Below, piece by piece: positions 57,203 through 64,000 of a DNA stretch of 64,000 nt. Under the pieces are notes generated by a model. The model ran no database searches. It was given only the letters and a program-made list of their open reading frames with translations, and was not told the DNA's origin. Numbering within the stretch: position 1 is the stretch's first letter; each line of letters begins with the position of its first letter. A program made the position numbers and the translations under genes. The stretch is from an uncultured bacterium (lineage in GTDB: Bacteria > Edwardsbacteria > AC1 > EtOH8): the NCBI GenBank assembly GCA_964588285.1, contig CAZPNX010000001.1, forward strand, positions 70,954 to 134,953, read 5' to 3'.

Positions 57203-58010
57203 AACTTTCGGTAATCTGCCGCTGGGCGAACAGGTAGAAAACGGCCAACGGCAGCACCACCAAGGTCGAGGCTGCCATCAGTTGGTTCCAAAACGATCCC
57301 TGCTCCTGGGAAAAATAGGCCAAACCCACCTGTAGCGGTCTGACCTTCTCGCTGTTGGTGACGATCAGCGGCCACAGAAAGCTGTTCCAGCTGCCGATGA
57401 CCGAGAACAGGCTGACGGTCACCAGCACCGGCCGGGAGATCGGCAGCAGTATGTGCCATAAAAAGCGCAGGTCGCCGGCGCCGTCCATTTTGGCCGCTTC
57501 GTAGAGGCTCTGGGGCACGGTCTTGAAGTGTTGGCGGATAAGGAAGATGGAGAAGATATTGACCGTCCAGGGGACCACTAAGGCGTAGAAGGTGTCCAGC
57601 CAACGCAGCTTGGCCAGAATGACATAGGCCGGCACTAAGTAGACCGGCTGGGGTATCATCATCATGCCTAAAAGGGCCATGAAGGTAAGGTCCCTGCCCC
57701 TGAAATTGCGAAAAGAGAAGGCGAAGGCCGCCAGACACGATGTCAACAGCACTCCGGCCAGGGTGAACACGGTGACAATGACCGTGTTCAGAAAGTACCG
57801 CAGCAGCGGTATTTGCCGCCAGACCGTCAGGTAGTTGGCCCATTGGGGCGCCTGGGGCAGCAGCCGCGGGGGGATCTGGATGGTCTCCGGCTGGGTTTTA
57901 AGAGAGGTCAGTATCATCCAGCCGAACGGAAAGACCATGGCCAACGACACGGCCGTCAGCGTTGCGTAAAGCGCTATCCGGAATGCAGGTTTGCTCATAA
58001 TACGTAGCAA
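57177..58010 (-). CDS. Carbohydrate ABC transporter permease (MalG/UgpE-like)
   Basis: 6-TM permease with the EAA loop ..YEAAKMDGAG. Confidence 0.9.
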   Translation of the reverse strand: MLRIMSKPAFRIALYATLTAVSLAMVFPFGWMILTSLKTQPETIQIPPRLLPQAPQWANYLTVWRQIPLLRYFLNTVIVTVFTLAGVLLTSCLAAFAFSFRNFRGRDLTFMALLGMMMIPQPVYLVPAYVILAKLRWLDTFYALVVPWTVNIFSIFLIRQHFKTVPQSLYEAAKMDGAGDLRFLWHILLPISRPVLVTVSLFSVIGSWNSFLWPLIVTNSEKVRPLQVGLAYFSQEQGSFWNQLMAASTLVVLPLAVFYLFAQRQITESFVSSGIKE

Positions 58011-58065
58011 CTTTTAACGTAGCATCGTTCAACGTCCAACTTTACTACGTTATCACGTCTATCCA

Positions 58066-59052
58066 TCACTGGTAATGCACCCTCTTCTCCAGCACTTGCC
58101 TCTGCAACAGGGTCAGGCCCAGCACGATCAGGAACAGGACGAAGGCGATGGCGTTGGCATAGCCCATCTGCCAGTCGGAGAAGCCCTTCTCGTAGAGGTA
58201 GTATACCAATGTCCGGGTGGTGCCCATGGGATTGCCGCCGATCGGCCCCTGCATGGTATAGACTTGGATGAACATCTGAAACGAGGTGATGGTGGTCATT
58301 ATCAGCACGTAGAAGGTGGTGGGAGAAAGCAGCGGCCAGGTGATGTTCCTGAAAGTCCGCCACCTTCCCGCCCCGTCCAATTGGGCCGCTTCGTAATAGT
58401 CCCGGGGTATGGATTGCAGCCCGGCCAGGAAGATGATGACGTTGTATCCTAAGGTATGCCAGACGCTCATGACGATGATGGCGCACATGGCTAAGCTGGG
58501 ACCGGCCAGCAAGCCGGGCAATTTGACACCCAGAGGAGCCAGGACGATGTTGGCGATGCCGGATGATTCCTCCAGCCACATGGATGGAGCCAGTCCGATC
58601 CATGAAAGGAACTGATTGGCCACCCCCATTCTGGGATTGAAGATCCACTTCCAGACCAGGGAGACGGCCACGGTTGAGGTGATTACCGGCAAAAAAAGGG
58701 CCAGACGGTAAGCCGAGGAAGCCCTTACTTTCTGGTTTAAGAGGACGGCGATGAAAAGGGCCAGGAAAAGACCGGCCGGGACCACGCCCAGAACATAGTA
58801 AACAGTGTTTATCAAACTCTGCAGAAATTTGGCGTCTGACAGAAGGTTGAAATAGTTCCACAGCCCCATGAAACGGCGGGCCCCGGCCAACCCCCAGTCG
58901 AAAAAGCTCATGGAGACGGCGTAAACCATGGGCAACAAACGGAAGACCGCCACCACTGCCAGGGCCGGCAGTAGGAAAAGCCAGGAGGTATTTAAGCGTT
59001 TGGTTGCGATCATTGACTGACCATAAAATATAAATGATAAATCATAAAACAC
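58066..59052 (-). CDS. Carbohydrate ABC transporter permease (MalF/UgpA-like)
   Basis: 6-TM permease with the EAA loop YYEAAQLDGAGRWRTF. Confidence 0.9.
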   Translation of the reverse strand: MFYDLSFIFYGQSMIATKRLNTSWLFLLPALAVVAVFRLLPMVYAVSMSFFDWGLAGARRFMGLWNYFNLLSDAKFLQSLINTVYYVLGVVPAGLFLALFIAVLLNQKVRASSAYRLALFLPVITSTVAVSLVWKWIFNPRMGVANQFLSWIGLAPSMWLEESSGIANIVLAPLGVKLPGLLAGPSLAMCAIIVMSVWHTLGYNVIIFLAGLQSIPRDYYEAAQLDGAGRWRTFRNITWPLLSPTTFYVLIMTTITSFQMFIQVYTMQGPIGGNPMGTTRTLVYYLYEKGFSDWQMGYANAIAFVLFLIVLGLTLLQRQVLEKRVHYQ

Positions 59053-59078
59053 TTAATGTCAATATGATAACCTAATAA

Positions 59079-59108
59079 AAAGAGGGAGGTAAATTCCTCC
59101 CTCTTGGC
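59079..59108 (-). terminator. Rho-independent terminator of the 59123-60085 gene (minus strand)
   Basis: aagagggagg-taaatt-cctccctctt; on the minus strand it is followed by TTTTATTAGG. Confidence 0.55.
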
Positions 59109-59122
59109 ACGTCATAACTTTT

Positions 59123-60085
59123 TTACCTGACGACCATGGCCCGCCGGGTGATGGTCTGCCCGTTGGCGGTTAGCTTGAAGAAGTAAATGCCGTTAGGAAC
59201 CATGGTCCCCTTGTCGTCGCGCAGTTTCCAGCTGGCGGTGTGGCTTCCGGCCGCTTGGTTGCCGTCTACCAGAGTAGCCACCTGCTGCCCCAAGATGTTG
59301 AAGACTGAGAGATTTACTTTCCCAGGTTGCGGCAGGCTATATACGATCTTTGTAGAAGCCTTTATGGGATTGGGTGTAATGGGAGCGAAGGTGAAAGCGG
59401 ACTTTGGGTTATAAGGATTTCCAGTAACTCCGGTCACAATGAACGAAAAAGGATACGGGGGGCGAACAGCGTCATCGCCTACCCAGTTTGCCAGATTTCC
59501 TATGGCTGCTAAAAGTTCTGCCTTGGTACCGGAGGTGATGCCGTTATAACCCACGTTATCCTTCTCAGGATACATGCCCACAGCCGATGTGCCGTTAACC
59601 AGGCCGGTGGGTAGTGCGGAAGTGTTTGAATTGGTTGCATCCGACTGCCAGGCGTTGCCACCGGTTGTGTCGTTGTTCAAAGCATAGATTGGTGTCGGGG
59701 CGGCATCCGTCCCCTGGAATGCGATAACCTGGTCACCGGCTGTCGCCAGAGAAAATGACCCGGTCATAATAGTACTTGTATAATATGTCCACGCTGCGTC
59801 TAACGTATCGTAGGATATTACTGTGCCGCTTGGTAAATCGGTAGGTGCTGTGTAAGTCCAACAACCCTCGGCACCGGTGCGAAAACCACCGCTACCCAGC
59901 CATCCAGCATCGGTGAAGCGGATCACCGTTCCGGCTTGGATATCAACCATAAGTACAAAAGCGAAAGTGTCCGGGTTGTCGGTGTACATGCTGATTATGG
60001 CGATATCGCCAGGGTTTAATGTTGATTGCCCCCAAGCCATACCACATAAAACCAGGGTTAATGACAGCAAACCGATCTTCTTCAT
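59123..60085 (-). CDS. Secreted protein with a T9SS C-terminal sorting domain (hypothetical cargo); lower GC than its surroundings
   Basis: Signal peptide MKKIGLLSLTLVLCGMAWG and C-terminal ITPNPIKASTKIVYSLPQPGKVNLSVFNILGQQVATL...GIYFFKL. Confidence 0.65.
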   Translation of the reverse strand: MKKIGLLSLTLVLCGMAWGQSTLNPGDIAIISMYTDNPDTFAFVLMVDIQAGTVIRFTDAGWLGSGGFRTGAEGCWTYTAPTDLPSGTVISYDTLDAAWTYYTSTIMTGSFSLATAGDQVIAFQGTDAAPTPIYALNNDTTGGNAWQSDATNSNTSALPTGLVNGTSAVGMYPEKDNVGYNGITSGTKAELLAAIGNLANWVGDDAVRPPYPFSFIVTGVTGNPYNPKSAFTFAPITPNPIKASTKIVYSLPQPGKVNLSVFNILGQQVATLVDGNQAAGSHTASWKLRDDKGTMVPNGIYFFKLTANGQTITRRAMVVR

Positions 60086-60164
60086 GCTTTTTCTCCTTTT
60101 TTTATTATTATACTATTGTTTTAATTTTTGTCAAGTAAAATCTTTGTTATGCCCGGCTTATTTC

Positions 60165-60241
60165 TGGTACCCCTGGGCCGATTCGAACGGCCGGCACGCG
60201 GTTTAGGAAACCGCTGCTCTATCCATCTGAGCTACAGGGGC
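60165..60241 (-). tRNA. tRNA-Arg (anticodon CCU)
   Basis: Manual cloverleaf on the minus strand: acceptor GCCCCUG/CAGGGGU (G1-U72 wobble), D-arm GCUC/GAGC, anticodon stem GCGGU/ACCGC with loop UUCCUAA, T-arm GGCCG-UUCGAAU-CGGCC, discriminator A and encoded CCA. Confidence 0.8.
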
Positions 60242-60274
60242 ATAAGCTGTTTTTCTTAGCCCCCGTCAGCTAAT

Positions 60275-60331
60275 CGCTCTATCCATCCATGGACGACGAA
60301 GCCTTGGCGAAGTTGTCTGAGCTACAGGGGC
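60275..60331 (-). repeat. Interrupted partial copy of the tRNA-Arg(CCU) 5' half, lying 5' of the intact tRNA
   Basis: Minus strand reads GCCCCTGTAGCTCAGA (identical to tRNA nt 1-16), then a 29-nt insert, then ATGGATAGAGCG (tRNA nt 17-28 with 1 mismatch), 33 nt upstream of the intact gene. Confidence 0.5.
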
Positions 60332-60398
60332 ATAGCACGGATGAATTATATCAGAAACCCGGCCGTTTTTCAAGCGGAAGCCTGTCGGCCCCTTCCTG

Positions 60399-63300
60399 TC
60401 AACGGACGAACAGCAGCTTGCCCGAAGCTTCGTTTTCCCCCGACTTCAGGCGGTAGAAGTACACCCCGCTGGAGACCCTCCTGCCTTGGCCGTCCCGGCC
60501 GTCCCAGGAGACCCGGTGGACGCCTGCCGAATGCTCGCCGTCAGCCAATGACCTCACCTCCTGACCCAGCACGTTGTAGAGTTTCAGGCTGGCCGCCCCA
60601 GCCTTTGCAATCTGATAACTGATGCTTGTTATCCGATTAAAGGGATTGGGTCTGGCCGCCCCCAAGGCGAACTCCCAAACGCCTCCGGGACGGAAGTCTA
60701 CGCTCACCGGACCGTAGTAGTTGCGCTTGCCCGAAAGATCCACCTCGCAAAGCCGGTACCAGTAGGTGCCGGCGGTCAGCTCCTGGTTGTCGGTGAACTC
60801 GTAATCGTGTGGCTGGCTGGTTGTGCCATGGCCGGGCAGTGATCCTATTTTTGCATAGCCTATGTTTTGCTGGGTCGATCGCTCCACCTCCCACGACAGG
60901 GTTCCTTCTTCGCTTTCGGTTTTCCACAGGATCCTTATGGTTTCGTCCGGGGTTGTCGTGGCGGTAAGCATCGCCAAATGCACGGACAATGGGGTGCCGC
61001 CAAGCCAGGGATAGGTGGATCCATCGTTCAGCACCTTGAAGCAGTAAGCGGTGTTGGCGGGCGTCACCTCGATGTGGATGTTCTGGTTCATGGCGGTATC
61101 CCTGCCTGCTACGCATGGGGCACCGCTGCCGAGCTCGGTGCGGTAAAGCCGGTTGCTGTCCCCGGCTGCCTTGCTGGTCTTAGGATCGGCCAGCAACGAG
61201 TCCCTAGCTCCAATGTGCACGTGCCCGTAACTATTTCCGTCGCCCACAGGTATCAGGGTCACCATGGGATTTAAGTCGGTCACCCACTTGAGGCCGTTGG
61301 CGTCATCGCTGCCATGGTGGTTGGCCTTGAGCACCGACACCCTCCCTCCCAAATCAGGGGATAGTATCCTTTCAATGTTTTTGCTGATGTCGCCGCACAT
61401 CACCATCTTGAACTTATCGGCATAGTTGAGCAGTAGGCCCAGGGAGTGATTGTTTTCGTCGTCACTAGCGGGAACGATGCTGTCGCCGGATAGGGTCTTC
61501 CCGTTATAGGTTATGACCTGTATGGAAGCGCCGCCGCCTATATCGAAGGTCTGTCCCATGGTTACCGGATGTCGCTTGGCCGACCATCCCTTCGAGGCCA
61601 GGGAGTCTATGTAGTTTTCGTATGTGCTGTTGCCAGCGGCGTGCCAGTCGCCGCGGTCGTAGGCGCCCACTCGCAACGAATCCATCCGGGAGATGACCTC
61701 GTCCAAACCTCCGCCGTGATCGTCGTGATAGTGGCTCAAGAACGTATAATCCAGGAACTTGGTATTGGTGCCGATGTCGATACTGTCCTTGATGAAATTG
61801 GTTATCATGAAATCGTCACCGCCGTCCCCGGCATCGATCAATATCCGTTTGCCGGTGGGCGACCTAATGACGATGCAGTCTCCCTGGCCGACGTTGAGCA
61901 TGGTTATGTACATGGGAGGCGCGTTGGGATTATAGACTGTGGTGAAGCTGAAGGGGTTTGGAATATTGCCCGTTGCCAGATCCAGACCCTCCAAATCCCT
62001 AGCCTGGGTCACGGTGAAGGAATAGCCCTGTCCCACCTGATGGTATTGGAAATTATTATGCGTCAATGTGACCGTGTCCCCGGCTGCGTTCCACGAAGCC
62101 GACCAGCCTCCCGGATCCGGGGAGCAAGTATATGCCAGCGACGAAGTGTTCATCGGTTCGGAAAAACCGATCTTGATGGGCGCGTTGACGGCCACCCCGG
62201 TAGCCGAGTCGGCCGGCTGGGTGTAGACGATCCGGGGCAGTGAAACGCCGTTAAAGGGTATCAGTCGGAAATCGTCTATGGCCAGGCCGTCATCATAGCT
62301 GACGGCATCGGCATCTACCCACCTTACCCTGAAATCCGCCCCGTTGGTGATGTTAATACCGTTCAGTGAGGCCCAGAGACACGAACGATATTTTTTTAAG
62401 TTTCCATTGCGCGGTCCATAGCCGCCTACGGTGTCCGGAGTCAAAAAATCCAGCTGGGAATAAGAGACCCATACACCCTCCGAAGTGCTAAGCTCAAATT
62501 TTAAGGTATCGTACCTCTGCAGACCCAGCCGCCAGAGTTCGCCCCAAAAGGTAAAGTCAACGGATTGAAGTGTGCCTCCGGTATTATTGGTGAAGACGGC
62601 GCTTATGGTTGGTATCAGACTGCTGCTTCTTAAACTGCCAAAAGCCCTATCGGTACTGTCGTTTTGACCGTAACTATAAATATTGCCGGTGTTAAGATCT
62701 CCGTTATTTGCCGCATATTTATAATTGGCATAAGTCCCTTCCTCCCGGTAATTCCATCCTGGTGGCAGAATTTGGGAGGTCGTATCCAAGCTGTTGAAGC
62801 TTTGATTATAGGCCGTTCCCAAAGTTGTCAGGCTTATCTTCCCCGACATGGATTTGGTGATCCGGCTGCCGGAGGGATAGCTGGAAGTCAGATAATTCTC
62901 ACAGCTGTCGGGGCCGTTGTACTCAAACACGGCGAAATGGTAGGTAGTGATTCCGTATAGTTTCTTGACGTTGACCGATGTCCCCGTGCCCTTGTAAACT
63001 ACATAGTGGCCGGCTCCAGCTGCGGATCCCTTGCCGAAGGAATCAGCCGCCGTGTAGAAATAGCCATCCAGAGGAACATTGGCCATAGGCGATTCACAGC
63101 GTGCCAGGACCAGACAGCCGGAGCCGTTTCCCCTTGTCCAGCTGACGGTCATATTGAGGCTGTCCACATTGCTGAAGGATATCCCGGATGCCTGGACCGT
63201 GGGTTCGTGGTCTATGGCCCGGCCATAGGTGCGGCGATAGCGGGTGATGGCCCCTATGCTGGCGTGGCTGATGCTGTCGAGTTTGGTGCCGATGCTGGTG

Positions 63301-64000
63301 GGCGCGAATCTCACATAGACCGTATCCAGGGGCAGGCGCCCGTTTATGGGGATCAATTTTGTCAGGGTCCCGGTGAAGCCAGTTCCGGATGTCCAGGATA
63401 TCTGATAATGGCCCGGAGCAGTGATCACCAGGTCCTCGTCGCCCATCAGCCCAGACCCTTGGTAGGTATAGAATTGTTCGGCAGACGTCTGTCCCACCTC
63501 CACCCCGCCAAAACTGCTTAAAGGATTGGAGAGTTTGATTTTCGTCCCATAGCCGCTGACGGCCACATTCTGGGTGACGGCCCCGGATGAAGTATGGACG
63601 ATGTTCCCCGAATATATACCTTCGTTTGAAGATGGCAGGAAAACAACATATACTGTCGCCGAAACCTGTCCGCCTATCGGAGAAAAGATCAAGGTATCTT
63701 TATAGCCCGTGCCGCTGGTTCTGGAAATTTTATAATTGGCCGGTGCGGTTACATTAACGTTGTCTGTCAGATTGTTGCCGGATAATACATAACTTAATTG
63801 CAGGGTATCGTTAAGGAGCAATGTATCGAAATTCAACGAGGAGGGGTTAACCGAGATGTTGGGTATTGAAGGAATGGTCATAGAAAAATCATCCAAAGAC
63901 AACCCATCATCGGCACCGGAAGCATTGGCGTCCAACCATCTTATCCAGAACGAAGCCCCCTGGGTAATATTCAACCCGGTTATGGTGTAACTGATGTTGT
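60399..64000 (-). CDS. Large secreted multidomain protein with a ComEC-type metallo-beta-lactamase (nuclease-like) domain, an Ig-like domain and a T9SS C-terminal sorting domain; may continue past the window end
   Basis: MBL/ComEC-lactamase motifs LNVGQGDCIVI, LIDAGDG, SHYHDDHGGG, KANHHGSDD. Big-like PADSATGVAVNAPIKIGFSEP. C-terminus RPNPFNRITSISYQI...LKLYNVLGQEVRSL...GVYFYRL. The frame is open to coordinate 64000. Confidence 0.75.
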   Translation of the reverse strand, partial: NISYTITGLNITQGASFWIRWLDANASGADDGLSLDDFSMTIPSIPNISVNPSSLNFDTLLLNDTLQLSYVLSGNNLTDNVNVTAPANYKISRTSGTGYKDTLIFSPIGGQVSATVYVVFLPSSNEGIYSGNIVHTSSGAVTQNVAVSGYGTKIKLSNPLSSFGGVEVGQTSAEQFYTYQGSGLMGDEDLVITAPGHYQISWTSGTGFTGTLTKLIPINGRLPLDTVYVRFAPTSIGTKLDSISHASIGAITRYRRTYGRAIDHEPTVQASGISFSNVDSLNMTVSWTRGNGSGCLVLARCESPMANVPLDGYFYTAADSFGKGSAAGAGHYVVYKGTGTSVNVKKLYGITTYHFAVFEYNGPDSCENYLTSSYPSGSRITKSMSGKISLTTLGTAYNQSFNSLDTTSQILPPGWNYREEGTYANYKYAANNGDLNTGNIYSYGQNDSTDRAFGSLRSSSLIPTISAVFTNNTGGTLQSVDFTFWGELWRLGLQRYDTLKFELSTSEGVWVSYSQLDFLTPDTVGGYGPRNGNLKKYRSCLWASLNGINITNGADFRVRWVDADAVSYDDGLAIDDFRLIPFNGVSLPRIVYTQPADSATGVAVNAPIKIGFSEPMNTSSLAYTCSPDPGGWSASWNAAGDTVTLTHNNFQYHQVGQGYSFTVTQARDLEGLDLATGNIPNPFSFTTVYNPNAPPMYITMLNVGQGDCIVIRSPTGKRILIDAGDGGDDFMITNFIKDSIDIGTNTKFLDYTFLSHYHDDHGGGLDEVISRMDSLRVGAYDRGDWHAAGNSTYENYIDSLASKGWSAKRHPVTMGQTFDIGGGASIQVITYNGKTLSGDSIVPASDDENNHSLGLLLNYADKFKMVMCGDISKNIERILSPDLGGRVSVLKANHHGSDDANGLKWVTDLNPMVTLIPVGDGNSYGHVHIGARDSLLADPKTSKAAGDSNRLYRTELGSGAPCVAGRDTAMNQNIHIEVTPANTAYCFKVLNDGSTYPWLGGTPLSVHLAMLTATTTPDETIRILWKTESEEGTLSWEVERSTQQNIGYAKIGSLPGHGTTSQPHDYEFTDNQELTAGTYWYRLCEVDLSGKRNYYGPVSVDFRPGGVWEFALGAARPNPFNRITSISYQIAKAGAASLKLYNVLGQEVRSLADGEHSAGVHRVSWDGRDGQGRRVSSGVYFYRLKSGENEASGKLLFVR

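Noticed and set aside
1-64000. CRISPR arrays, restriction-modification or other canonical defence loci
   Set aside because: No regularly spaced direct repeats and no Cas, REase or MTase-like ORFs were seen anywhere in the window.

Overview
This is a 64 kb high-GC (~60-65%) bacterial chromosome segment, probably from an uncultivated FCB-superphylum-like lineage. The evidence for that is five proteins ending in Por/T9SS-type C-terminal sorting domains, a GH57 glucanotransferase, and many TPR/OM beta-barrel genes. The gene content, from the window start, is:

- a housekeeping block: yicC, gmk-rpoZ-coaBC-udg-dnaB, an Mla-like ABC operon, and the pyrK-pyrD-rlpA-pyrF-pyrE operon;
- a DNA-damage island: umuD, then a 303-bp AT-rich inverted-repeat insert, then umuC, an SRAP/YedK homologue, a low-GC TPR protein, uvrC, tdk, ogt and a beta-CASP RNase;
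- two tRNA-Arg genes;
- a sugar ABC system with GH57;
- a cluster of outer-membrane and T9SS-cargo genes.

The most interesting item is a candidate extracellular-DNA capture and degradation module spread over roughly 42.0-52.3 kb, with a related secreted nuclease-domain protein at 60.4-64.0 kb. Its core is an ~895-aa outer-membrane protein with two ComEA-like helix-hairpin-helix DNA-binding domains fused to a large beta-barrel-like domain. Three small OM beta-barrels, a secreted 5'-nucleotidase, a PHP-family phosphoesterase carrying a T9SS sorting domain and a RecJ-like DHH protein flank it. A second T9SS-sorted protein carries a ComEC-type metallo-beta-lactamase nuclease domain.

Other notable observations:

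- an SBP-family-5 lipoprotein fused to a TonB C-terminal domain;
- an Mla-like transporter in which a novel two-TM protein sits where MlaD would be;
- a tetrameric palindromic operator (CACAGAT x2 / ATCTGTG x2) in front of the beta-CASP gene;
- an extreme in-frame AT-rich patch inside uvrC;
- a REP-like palindromic repeat family;
- a tRNA-Arg(CCU) with an interrupted copy of its 5' half lying upstream.
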